DNA from: Ignavibacteriota bacterium
GTDB taxonomy: Bacteria; Bacteroidota; Ignavibacteria; Palsa-1295
Direction: 5' to 3'
DNA length: 64,000 nt
Assembly (NCBI GenBank): GCA_963787835.1
Contig: CAWBEI010000006.1
Coordinates: 128,001-192,000 of the forward strand
Both the position numbers and the translations under genes were made by a program. The notes beneath the pieces were generated by a model. It was not told where the DNA came from. It saw only the letters and a list, made by a program, of their open reading frames with translations, and searched no databases. Shown one piece after another: positions 44,644 through 55,000 of the stretch (position 1 is its first letter; each line of letters begins with the position of its first letter).

Positions 44644-45030
44644 TTACAGCCGTGAAAGATGATGGAGAAGTGTTTCCCCATGCACACACATTTTCCGGCG
44701 AGCATTTTCTCGGTGATTTTCTACGGTATCCTCACAAATTCCAAGTAGTTCGGCGATCTTCCAGCTTGGCAACATTGACTTAACTAAGGCGCACACGCGA
44801 AGCTCCATTGGAGTAAGCGTGGGATAGCGATGTGCGATCTCATCCAAATTGTGGGCATAGAACCCGCCGCTTGCAAGCTCGGCCTGTTCCCATGCAAGAT
44901 GGCGTTTCCTGCGGCTTCTATGCTTTTTTAGCGATGATGAAGGATGAATAGAGCTTGTAATAGCTATTGACGAGACGAGGGTTGAAATAGCACCCTCACC
45001 CGATGGCTGATCTATATGTTCGATTTTCAC
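44644..45030 (-). CDS. LuxR-type HTH transcriptional regulator with no sensor domain
   Basis: YPTLTPMELRVCALV...IAELLGICEDTVENHRENARRKM. Confidence 0.85.
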   Translation of the reverse strand: MKIEHIDQPSGEGAISTLVSSIAITSSIHPSSSLKKHRSRRKRHLAWEQAELASGGFYAHNLDEIAHRYPTLTPMELRVCALVKSMLPSWKIAELLGICEDTVENHRENARRKMCVHGETLLHHLSRL

Positions 45031-45465
45031 ATTTCATTCCCGATTTTCATTAGTGGCAAATGATCCACGTGGGAGAAGATATCTTATGATGATCACGATC
45101 TCCTACATGGCAATAATGTAGTGGGACAGTTGCTTGAAGATCGCCTTGCACTCGAACCGGTGCAACCACTTTCCTTCCTCAGAGAGAAACCGCTGGATGC
45201 GGCCGGAAGGAGCAAACAAAACGATGACTCACAGAAAAGGAGCACCGCTTGTGATCGGATATGCAAATATACGATTTAAAAATCGCGAGTTTGAAAAAAG
45301 TCAGGCGTTCGGTGGAATGGTGATTTTACGATCAATCACGAGCCGTGTTTACCGACGTTTTTAGTACTCTTCATCCACTAGATCATGGCGCGATTGACAA
45401 CCTCTCTCTTACATGCGTTCGATACGACAAGCATAATAGCGTGGGTAAAGAAATGATTAAATCCA

Positions 45466-46380
45466 TTAAAACTTGAATTGATAATTCGTAAGCAGCCCGG
45501 TGCTGTTACGATCTTCCAGCGTGGTTGAGGTGGGTATGTTCCAATTGTATTTCAGTCCCAGCGAAAAACTGCCGGTCGTGGAGCTGTTGGGATATGCGGA
45601 TAAACTATAACCCGCAGAAACAGTGAACGGAGTAGTTTGCGATAATTGATACTCGCCACGGAAGGAATAGACCTTCGATGCATCATAATCGGTATAGTCG
45701 AAACCGCCGCAGAGATCGAATTCGGGACAAAAGTAATACCCGATGTCGAACCCGGCATAAAATCCATTTTCAGAATAGTCATCATTTTCGGTGAACGCAT
45801 AGCCGAGCTTTCCAGACCCTGTGAAGTTATTCTGTGGAAGCAATTGCCCATATCCTCCAAAATTGAACGCATGGGAATTATAGCCTGTCGCCGTATAGTC
45901 GGAATAGCTCCAGGTGTCCGTATGGTAGCCTGCTGTAGGCCCAAAACGCCAATTGCATTGGTTCCAAAAATAAATGGCGTTGAGATCCAGAATGCTTCCA
46001 TTCAAGGAATAACTGGAAGTCTGACCGGCGTACGAGTAGCTATAGCTATGAGAGTAAGGATGAAAGCCAGCGTCAAACTCGAACTGCGATCCTCCGGGGC
46101 AAGGACTGCTCAGGATGCCGCCGTTAAAACCATATTGGCTATAGTTCGAACCGAACGAATAATTGGCTCCAACAGCCGCCGCATTAAAACCGAAATTACC
46201 GATACTAAACGCGGGTGTTGCCGCAGGAGCCGGGGCAGCAGCAGGTGCTGGGTATGGCATTCCTGCGCTCGATTGGGGCGAAATCACATATTGTGCGCAA
46301 GCCGGTTGGTTGAGAAGAGCGTTCAAGATCATCATCCAGAAACTCATACTCGCTACTTTCAGTCTTAAATTCTGAACCAT
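45466..46380 (-). CDS. Predicted outer-membrane beta-barrel protein
   Basis: Signal peptide, PA linker, alternating aromatic/Gly strands, C-terminal F. Confidence 0.6.
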   Translation of the reverse strand: MVQNLRLKVASMSFWMMILNALLNQPACAQYVISPQSSAGMPYPAPAAAPAPAATPAFSIGNFGFNAAAVGANYSFGSNYSQYGFNGGILSSPCPGGSQFEFDAGFHPYSHSYSYSYAGQTSSYSLNGSILDLNAIYFWNQCNWRFGPTAGYHTDTWSYSDYTATGYNSHAFNFGGYGQLLPQNNFTGSGKLGYAFTENDDYSENGFYAGFDIGYYFCPEFDLCGGFDYTDYDASKVYSFRGEYQLSQTTPFTVSAGYSLSAYPNSSTTGSFSLGLKYNWNIPTSTTLEDRNSTGLLTNYQFKF

Positions 46381-46452
46381 TTATTCCTCCTAATTACAAA
46401 CTCAAGAAAATTACAGTGAATCAACAACCACAAATATACGAAAAAGCTGTCC

Positions 46453-46965
46453 TTAGTGGACAATTTCTACCGGGGTGCCTATGGGAAGCTCGTCGAAAAG
46501 AGCCTTTATATCAGAATTATCGAGCGCAATGCAGCCCCAGGTCCAAGCTCTTCCGGTGCCTCCGCCATGAATCATAATTTCACCGCCGAGAGGGGTATTC
46601 CATGGCGGCTTTTGGTGGCGTTGCGTAGCATTCAATATCTGGTCGTGTTGGAATTTCGAAATAAGATGCTCGCGCAACCCGCGCTCGGCATCGTCGGCAT
46701 TTGGATAACTCAGTCCTAACGAGAGATAGAAATGGCTGTGGTCGTTCTTCTCGCAGACATAATACTTACCTTCTGGCGTGCAGCGATCTCCCGCTTTTTG
46801 TTTTGTATCTATTGCATTCGTTCCGAGCGCAATACGATAGGCGTGGATATGGGTGTCGTTCGAAAACAGTTCGAGGATCCGATCGTGTTTATGGATGATT
46901 AATTTCGGATCCTTTAAGAATCCACTACTAAAGTATAGCAAAAGAATTAGAAGGACGCTCGGCAT
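46453..46965 (-). CDS. L,D-transpeptidase (YkuD) family protein
   Basis: GDRCTPEG.Y and IMIHGG....WTWGCI motifs. Confidence 0.9.
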   Translation of the reverse strand: MPSVLLILLLYFSSGFLKDPKLIIHKHDRILELFSNDTHIHAYRIALGTNAIDTKQKAGDRCTPEGKYYVCEKNDHSHFYLSLGLSYPNADDAERGLREHLISKFQHDQILNATQRHQKPPWNTPLGGEIMIHGGGTGRAWTWGCIALDNSDIKALFDELPIGTPVEIVH

Positions 46966-46978
46966 CAGTTCAACTCAA

Positions 46979-47758
46979 TTATCGATCTCCTATTTTCCAC
47001 AAATCAAATCGCTCCGGATATTCAATTCCTTCCAACACTAACCCATGTGCTGGTGCAATATATTTCGCGCGCCAGAGTTCTTGTGGCGAATGTAAGAGTT
47101 TCTCGAATTCTTCAAGCGTGAGAGCCGATTGCCCCACTTGCACCATTGCACCAACCAGCGCGCGCACCATGCCCCGCACAAAACGGTTGGCTCGAATGGT
47201 GAAATATAGATACTTCCCATCCGATTCCCATTTCGCTTCTTCAACAATACAACGGTAATGCTTCACATCGGACGTTCGCTTACTGAAGCTGGTAAAATCA
47301 TGTTCGCCGATGAGCAGCGCGGCACATTGTTCGAGTTTTGCAATATCTACATCGCGGCGAATAGCCCAGACGAAATTGCGGTCCATCGCTGTTCGTTCGC
47401 GCTTAATTGAGTATTGATATTGCCTTGCGACTGCTGAGTGTCGTGCATGGAAATCCTCAGCAACGGGACGAATATCGAGAATGGCAATATCTTTTGGTGT
47501 GGTCGCATTCAATGCCATGATGAGTTTTGGAACGCCCATAGCAATATCGTCGGGAAATTCCAAATGTGCCACCATCCCCCGCGCGTGAACTCCGGCATCA
47601 GTACGTCCAGCACCATGCACCGTAATTGTTCTTGCAAATACTTGAAGAAACGCTTTCTCGATCTCACCCTGAACAGATCGCCCTAAAGGGTGGTCACCTT
47701 GCGTTTGCCATCCAGCAAATGCGGTTCCATCATACTCAATAAGCAGAGCGAGTTTCAA
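46979..47758 (-). CDS. truA: tRNA pseudouridine(38-40) synthase
   Basis: EYDGT.FAGWQ, GAGRTDAGVHA and F..GMVR motifs. Confidence 0.95.
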   Translation of the reverse strand: MKLALLIEYDGTAFAGWQTQGDHPLGRSVQGEIEKAFLQVFARTITVHGAGRTDAGVHARGMVAHLEFPDDIAMGVPKLIMALNATTPKDIAILDIRPVAEDFHARHSAVARQYQYSIKRERTAMDRNFVWAIRRDVDIAKLEQCAALLIGEHDFTSFSKRTSDVKHYRCIVEEAKWESDGKYLYFTIRANRFVRGMVRALVGAMVQVGQSALTLEEFEKLLHSPQELWRAKYIAPAHGLVLEGIEYPERFDLWKIGDR

Positions 47759-47769
47759 CTCACGATAAT

Positions 47770-47988
47770 CTATGCAGCCACTGCCATCTTCGATAATGGT
47801 AGGGCCGAGGATTCCAATCGAGAAAGATCGACGATCTTACTCGCATCTTCAATATCGATCCCAACCACGTGACCCTGATCGTCAAAATCAAGAACGATTC
47901 CCGGAGCGACCTCTTCGGATTCCGTACTGGGACGATTCGAAAGATCGATATAGAGTGAATCTGTATCAGCGTAGTAGTCAAACTTCAT
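47770..47988 (-). CDS. DUF2283-like putative antitoxin
   Basis: Y..DTDSLYI.L...ESEEVAPGIVLDFD..G.VVGIDI. Confidence 0.8.
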   Translation of the reverse strand: MKFDYYADTDSLYIDLSNRPSTESEEVAPGIVLDFDDQGHVVGIDIEDASKIVDLSRLESSALPLSKMAVAA

Positions 47989-48224
47989 TTTATTCTCCTT
48001 GCGTACCCTCTGTCGAAGAACGCATTGTGAACCGTCTCACCATCTTCGAGTGTAACGACTCTCAGATATTTGCGCCACTCTTCCACGTAAACCCATCTTC
48101 GGATACGACCGTTCGGCTGGCTTTCTATTTGTGTCGGCTGAGATAGTGCTAGTTCAACCCATTCCATTTTCAGATAAGGTCTCTCTTTCAAAACCTTGTC
48201 CCGAAAATATGGAGTTGTTTTCAA
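47985..48224 (-). CDS. DUF4258-like putative toxin
   Basis: 79 aa; GRIRRW...KYLRVV.LEDGETVHNAFFDR; overlaps the DUF2283-like gene. Confidence 0.65.
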   Translation of the reverse strand: MKTTPYFRDKVLKERPYLKMEWVELALSQPTQIESQPNGRIRRWVYVEEWRKYLRVVTLEDGETVHNAFFDRGYARRIK

Positions 48225-49564
48225 TGGGATTCCGTGAGCACTAAATTGCTAACGCCCGCTACATCTTCAACACGCTCCCGCTCACGGATAAGTCGATACT
48301 CCGCTCCATCGACCAGAACTTCAGCAGCGCGTGGGCGAAGATTGTAATTCGATGCAAGGGTGTAACCGTATGCCCCTGCGCATAGCACAGCAATCGAATC
48401 GCCTCGTTTAAGCGCAGGCATTTCACGCGATTGTGCAAGAAAATCGCTTGTCTCACAGATCGGGCCAACCACATCAACCTTTTGCGTCGCACCAGCTACA
48501 AGTTCCAGCGGTGCAACTTGATGGTACGCTTCATACAGGCATGGGCGAATAAGCTCCGTCATGCCAGTATCTGTTATTACGAATTTCTTCTTACTATTTG
48601 CTTTCGTATAAAGCACAGTGGCAAGCAGTGCGCACGCATTAGCAACAATGGCCCGACCTGGTTCAAAAATGATTTTAAGGCCGGTCTGATCGAGGATGGG
48701 CAGCACAGCGCCAACGAATTCACTAAGCGATGGCACATACTCCCCTTCTTCCCCCAATTCATCCTTTGGTAACAGCGGATGACGTACTACATTTCGGTAA
48801 TGTATCCCCTGACCACCCCCAAAATTTAGATGTTCAAGAACTATTCCGGATTTTACACGAAGCGAGTTTACAAATTTCACCGTCGAGCGTGCCGCTTTGA
48901 TGAACGGATCCAAAGAAGTAATCTGTGAACCAATATGAACGTGAATACCTACGACTTCAAGTGCGGGTTGCTTTGAGGCATAGATAAATGCCTCGCGGGC
49001 GTTCTCCATGTCGATCCCGAATTTGTTCTCCTTCAATCCTGTAGAGATATAAGGATGACTTTTTGCATCGACATCGGGATTGACTCGAATGGATACTTTC
49101 GCTCTGATCCTGAACTTTTCTGCAATAGTATTGATCACTGAAAGCTCTTCCATGCTCTCAACATTAAAGGCGTGAATGTTAGCCTTCAGTGCAAGCTCGA
49201 TCTCTGCATCGGTCTTCCCTGTCCCATCGAAGGTAATCTTCTCGGGAGTGAATCCTGCAGCGAGCGATACAAGGAGTTCACCGGCACTTACCACATCGGC
49301 GCCTGAACCTTCAGCCGCTAATATTTTCAAAAGCTCGATATTCGAGTTCGCCTTTAGTGCATAGCTGACATAATGTTCCTTGCCAGACGACTTGAGTGTT
49401 TCATCGAACGCATGAAAGTTTTCAATGATCTGACGCTTGGAATACACATAAAGCGGAGTGCCAAATTCCTTGGCAAGGTCCGACAATGTGACTTCTTCAC
49501 AAAGAAGTGACGCTTCCGCGTCGTTTGAATATCTAAATGCTTGTTGATCTAATACGTCGTTCAT
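48221..49564 (-). CDS. lysA: Diaminopimelate decarboxylase
   Basis: YALKAN, HVHIGSQ, FEPGR and GPICETSD motifs. Confidence 0.95.
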   Translation of the reverse strand: MNDVLDQQAFRYSNDAEASLLCEEVTLSDLAKEFGTPLYVYSKRQIIENFHAFDETLKSSGKEHYVSYALKANSNIELLKILAAEGSGADVVSAGELLVSLAAGFTPEKITFDGTGKTDAEIELALKANIHAFNVESMEELSVINTIAEKFRIRAKVSIRVNPDVDAKSHPYISTGLKENKFGIDMENAREAFIYASKQPALEVVGIHVHIGSQITSLDPFIKAARSTVKFVNSLRVKSGIVLEHLNFGGGQGIHYRNVVRHPLLPKDELGEEGEYVPSLSEFVGAVLPILDQTGLKIIFEPGRAIVANACALLATVLYTKANSKKKFVITDTGMTELIRPCLYEAYHQVAPLELVAGATQKVDVVGPICETSDFLAQSREMPALKRGDSIAVLCAGAYGYTLASNYNLRPRAAEVLVDGAEYRLIRERERVEDVAGVSNLVLTESH

Positions 49565-50841
49565 GATATTTCTGTAAAAGGCAGATAAGGATGCAAAACA
49601 TCTGGGATGCGTATTGTTCCATCTTTATCCTGAAACGTTTCTAAGAATGCAACAATCAGGCGGGACGTTGCAAGTCCGGAACCATTAATGGTGTGCACGA
49701 ACTCGGGCTTCGATTTTGCATCCCTGCGGAACCGGATGTTCGCCCGCCGTGCCTGGAAATCCTCGAAGTTCGAACAGCTCGATGCTTCGAGCCACTTCCC
49801 TTCCACGGGAGCCCACACTTCGAGATCGTAGGTTTTGGCACTCGAAAAACTGGTGTCACCACTACAAAGAAGTAATCGGCGGTATGGAATACCGAGCAAT
49901 TCAAGAATACGTTCAGCGTCAGCCGTCAGCTTTTCGTGCTCATCATAAGAGGATTCTGGCGTTGTAAACTTTACCAGTTCAACCTTATTGAACTCATGCA
50001 CACGCAAAAAGCCGCGGGTATCCTTCCCATACGAACCGGCTTCACGCCGGAAGCATGCACTAAAAGCGCAATGAAGAAGCGGCAGGTTCTCTGGCAATAA
50101 TACTTCGTCGGCATACAAATTGGTCACCGGAACCTCAGCTGTGGGAATAGCGTAGAGCGCATCCTCCGGCATGTGATAGACCTGATCGGCAAATTTCGGG
50201 AATTGTCCGGTTCCTCGAAGCGATTGCGCATTCACAAAGAATGGCGGGAGCACTTCCGTGTATCCATGAGAACGCGTGTGAAGATCCAGCATGAAGTTGA
50301 CGAACGCCCGTTCGAGCTGGGCGCCCTTGCCCATATAGACAGGAAATCCGGCTGCGGTAATTTTTGCGCCACGTTTGAAATCGAAGAGTTGATGTTTCTC
50401 AGCAAGCGCAAGATGATCCAACCCATCCCGTTTCTCGTATGGTCGATCGGCATTGGCAGGAGCCCAGCGCTTCACTTCTACATTAGCAGTCGCGTCATGT
50501 CCTGAAGGAACAGTGTTGTGCGTAATATTTGGGATGGAATCCATCATCAGCCCAAGCGTAAGGTCTTTCTCCCGCTGCAATGTATCCAGGGAAGCAATTT
50601 CATCGCTGACAGATTTCATTTCTGCGATGAGGTTATCCGCAGGTTCCTTAGCGCGCTTTAGTTTTGCGATCTCTTCAGAAACAGTATTACGCTTGCTTTT
50701 GAGTAATTCCACCTCTCCGATGATCGCACGGCGTTCCCGATCGAGTTCGAGTACGTGATCGACCACATCTTCCGAATGCTTCGCACGGGTCGCAGCACGA
50801 ACAAGATCCGGATTATCGCGTATGAGTTTTATATCTAACAT
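49561..50841 (-). CDS. serS: Serine--tRNA ligase
   Basis: MLDIKLIR, PTAEVP, FRREAG and HTINGSG motifs. Confidence 0.97.
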   Translation of the reverse strand: MLDIKLIRDNPDLVRAATRAKHSEDVVDHVLELDRERRAIIGEVELLKSKRNTVSEEIAKLKRAKEPADNLIAEMKSVSDEIASLDTLQREKDLTLGLMMDSIPNITHNTVPSGHDATANVEVKRWAPANADRPYEKRDGLDHLALAEKHQLFDFKRGAKITAAGFPVYMGKGAQLERAFVNFMLDLHTRSHGYTEVLPPFFVNAQSLRGTGQFPKFADQVYHMPEDALYAIPTAEVPVTNLYADEVLLPENLPLLHCAFSACFRREAGSYGKDTRGFLRVHEFNKVELVKFTTPESSYDEHEKLTADAERILELLGIPYRRLLLCSGDTSFSSAKTYDLEVWAPVEGKWLEASSCSNFEDFQARRANIRFRRDAKSKPEFVHTINGSGLATSRLIVAFLETFQDKDGTIRIPDVLHPYLPFTEIS

Positions 50842-50885
50842 TATTTTTTGCACCGCGACGAATGCGGCAAAATTTTGGTGAGATT

Positions 50886-51867
50886 TTATTCGTACAAATA
50901 TAGATCGCTTTTGCCGAGCAATTCTTCCATGCCACGTTCCATAACGCGAAGCCCGTCATCGACATTCGAAAGCCGAAGTCCCAGATCGGTTTGCGCCTTG
51001 AGCGAAACAAGCCCCGTTCGAGAGGGTCGCTCTGCCCGCCAAATTCCGCTTGATTTGAGTTCTGCCATTGTGGTTGGCAGGATAAGACCGGCATCCAGCC
51101 CAAAGACTTCCGCAACACGATTCGCAAATTCAAACCGTGTGATCATCTCTGGCCCTCCGACATGGTATAAACCGAGGCGTTTTCGTTCCGTTGCTCGAAC
51201 GATCGCAAGTGCGAGATCATCAACCAATGTTGGAGCGGAGAGCAGATCGGTCGCAGCATGAACCGGTTGCCCATCTTCAAGTGCTGTAAGGACGGAAAGA
51301 GCATAGTTCGCCTTGGCATGTTCCGCCGCGCCATAGACTACGCACGTTCGAAAAATGGTATGTTCGATGCCCGAAGTCCTTAAAACGTTCTCGCTTGCTA
51401 ACTTGGTACGTCCATAATAATTGATCGGATGTGGTGTATCCGTCTCGGTGTAAGGGGCGCGCACGCCATCGAATACAAGATCGGAGGAGATATGTACGAT
51501 GCGGGCATTCGACTTTTCGAGCCATCTCCGACAAATGTTCCACAGCCGAAACGTTCGTATGCCAGGCCGTTTCTCGCTGTGTTTCGGCTTCATCCACTCT
51601 GACAAACACCGCACAATTAACGATCACGTCCGGCTTTTCTGCCATAATGACCTCTTTTACAGAAACGCGCTGTGTGACATCCATTGGACGGTAACCCCGA
51701 ATGCGTTTTTCTTTCGAGAGATCGGCAAACAAAGAATTCGGTTCCCTTGCGGTCAGCACGAGTTCGTAATTCGATTCCTCAACGAACATACGCACCACAT
51801 GCTGCCCCACGAATCCATGGCAGCCTGTTATGAGTACCGTTGCTTTAGATTTACCCTGAGGAATCAC
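50886..51867 (-). pseudogene. RmlD-like (dTDP-4-dehydrorhamnose reductase family) SDR split by a +1 frameshift
   Basis: LITGCHGFVG in frame 1; HISSDLVFDG...YYGRTK in frame 2. One extra A in the run at 51514-51517 explains the split. Confidence 0.8.
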
Positions 51868-51932
51868 TCGTAATGAATAATATGCGTCTTCGATGGTGAA
51901 GCTTTAAGAAAGCATGTACTACTATAAACATG

Positions 51933-51998
51933 AAACAAGCGAGGCACGCATTTACGCATCACAGGTGACGCGGATCATGCGTAATGCCTCGCTTGTTT
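51933..51998. terminator. Long hairpin downstream of the 1296-aa gene
   Basis: AAACAAGCGAGGCA/TGCCTCGCTTGTTT outer stem and TTACGCAT/ATGCGTAA inner stem. Confidence 0.5.
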
Positions 51999-52051
51999 GT
52001 AACTCTTAGGAGTATCGCGCTAGTTTCAATATGCGCAATTATTTTCGAACA

Positions 52052-55000
52052 TTACCGTTCGATGGCGAGCCGTGCTGCGGCTACTGCTCCGGCCGAACTC
52101 ATGACGCGCAGGAAGTAAACTCCGTTTGGAAGCCCCGTTGTCGTCAGTTGCGTTTCATGCTCACCGTTGGAAATCATTCCTAGCGGTACATTCCTAACTT
52201 CACGGCCGGTCACATCGAATATATGGATCTCCGCAACATCGGCAGAAGCAGCATCGAGTGTTACATCCACAAAATCACGAGCAGGATTCGGTGAAAGCTC
52301 TATGCCCCAGGTATTTGTAGTCAGGCTCGTACTAACACCCGCACCGTTCACAGTCGCAAATCCAGAGATCGGGAATTCAGCTTGTTGATTATCCGAGCCG
52401 TAGGTCACCGATAGAGAAGCATCCTGTGCATCCATCGAGTGCGGAGCAAACGTCACAGTTACTGGCAAAGAGTCACCAGGCTTAAGGGTGACAGGAAGCG
52501 ATATGTTACCCAAGGTAAATGCTGTTCCAGCGGGAATGATGTTAATGGCCGTAATGCTGGCTGGCGCCGCTCCTGTATTGTGAATTTCCACCTGGATCGT
52601 CTTCGTCTTTCCAGTATCAACATTTCCGAATGCAATAACAGAAGGCTGAAGCGTCATTGTTGCAGAGGGAGCTGCAGCAGGTCCATCGGTTAGCGCAATT
52701 TTGATGATCTGGGCCGAGCCGCCAGTATTCAATACGGTCATCCATGCCGTATTTCCTGCACCACGAGGATCATACTCCATGCCACGAACATTGGTTAATT
52801 CCCCACCAACCGCGATGGTGAATGAATTTAGTTCCGCACCGCTCTCCGGATCGAGAAAGAGCAGATAGCTCCCATTCAGGCTCGTGCCCTGAAAATCAGT
52901 GTAAGCCAGCAAATATTCACCAAGTTTCGGATCGTATGTTAAGCCACGCGGGCCATAAGTCGCGTTCCGAGTGAGTTGAAGATCGCTGAGAGGGTTAAGT
53001 ACGGTGAAGTCCCAGGTTTCATTTAATGCTCTGCTGATAACTTCCTGCTGGCGATCCACGACAAGCAATGTATCGCCCTGAAGAAATATACCAGTTCCGT
53101 ACGTTGCCGGTGAAGGAGCACTCCTTACGATCTGACCGGTGGTATCAACCTCGTAAAGATTAGACGTCCATGACTGTCCTGCTACATACACCTCCTGCAA
53201 AAATAAATGTTGCGACACTGGATCATACTTGATTCCCGTAAATCCCTGGCGATTCGATGGATTCGAAACAGGGATCTTCACCGAATCGAGGATGGTGCCG
53301 GCATCCGGATCGAGCTTGAAAATATAATCTTCTGAGGGATCAAAGTCGGTAGCCCAAAGAACATTGTCATCTTTGTCATAGGCAATATCGTAAGCATAGA
53401 ACCGCAGATCGGCAACGGTCCCGATCTGATTTCCGGCCTTTTGCTGCGCGATCGAGAACAATGGGGAGATGACGGTATCTGCACCGTCGTTCACACGAAC
53501 GAGCGAATTCTCGCTTGCAGGATAGTTAACGTCTGAAATTGGATAGATCGTATCCGAAACGCCTGTTGCAATATTCTGCCAGGAAGTGCCACCATCAAGA
53601 CTGAGATCAAGCGAAACCGTTGGAGCAAAGCCGTGCCATTGGATGCTTGCGGTATCCCCAAGCGTCCAAACAGATCGTTGTGCGGGTAACACAATCCCAG
53701 TAGCATCATCCTGAAGTGGAACTTGCCAGATCGATCGCCCATGTGTACCGGCACGAATGACTCGATTATTGACATGCACTTCCATGAAGTCAATACCGGT
53801 ATTGGGCAATCCGGTGCCGTATGGCATCCATTCTGCACCATCATTTGGCGAGAAAAATACCCCGACATCCGTGCCAACATAAAGCACCGAAGTATTCTGT
53901 GGATCCATCACAATGGTATTAACAGATATGTCTGGCAACCTCGAACTGATGTCTGTCCAATTTGAACCATTATTAGTGGTCTTAAATATATGACCGGCCC
54001 CAAAACCAGAGAGCGTTACATAGAATGTAGTTTTGGATGATGGGCTAAACTTGACCCATGTAACCGCACGAGCCGGTAAGCCAGCAGATACATCTGTAAA
54101 GGTAACGCCATTATTGGCTGTGATATAAACATTCCCACCACCGGTACCAACAAGAACAGTCTTGCCATCTCCAAACGCATCGATCGCTGAAATGGTGGTT
54201 CCGGCAGAAGCAGAGCCAAACACTTTTGTGCAGTTGGTCCATGACTGACCTTGATTCTTTGAATAGGCCAGCCGCTGACACCCCCAATAGATAATATCAT
54301 TCGTAGCATCGGCTGCAAACGGATCGATCCAAACGGTCGAATCAATATTTGCATTTAGTCCGGTATTATTTGAACCGTTGGGATACACCGTAGGGAAGCT
54401 TTGAGGGGTTTCACAATACACGATTGACGTAGTCTTCGGATCGACTTGCGTCATAGTCCCATCGCCACCTAAGATATTACCCCAATCGGTGTTGGCAGAA
54501 GAACCGGAGAGCGTGCCGTTATCCTGGGTTCCACCGTACGTTACATTACCTTGCGTTTGGTCGATACCTATGCCATAGAATTGGGTGATCGGTAAAAGAA
54601 ATGTTTGCTGTGTGATGGTCGAACCTCCATCTTTCGAAGAAAAGACACCACCATCGTTGCCTAAAAAGACGAAATTTGGATCAGACGGCGCGAACGCGGC
54701 CGCATGCTGATCGGGATGAATGCCGCCTTTATACGATTGTGCAACATCCGTCCAGGTTTGCCCACCATCGAGCGTCTGCCATACGGAAAGGCCGCCCACA
54801 AGCATGTGATTGAAGTTGGTCGGATCGACCTTTATATAAACATCATACCAACCCTGTGGTGGTGTTCCGACCGAGAAGAGCGGATTGCCTTGCCATTCCT
54901 GATCTATTTCAGTCCAAGTATTGCCGCCATCGGTAGATGACTCGATACCGCCCAGATCATCCGATGTCCCGGAATTCACATCCAGAACAACAACATTTTG

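Noticed and set aside
45646-46368. 240-aa plus-strand ORF
   Set aside because: It is an antisense shadow of the beta-barrel gene with no recognisable features.
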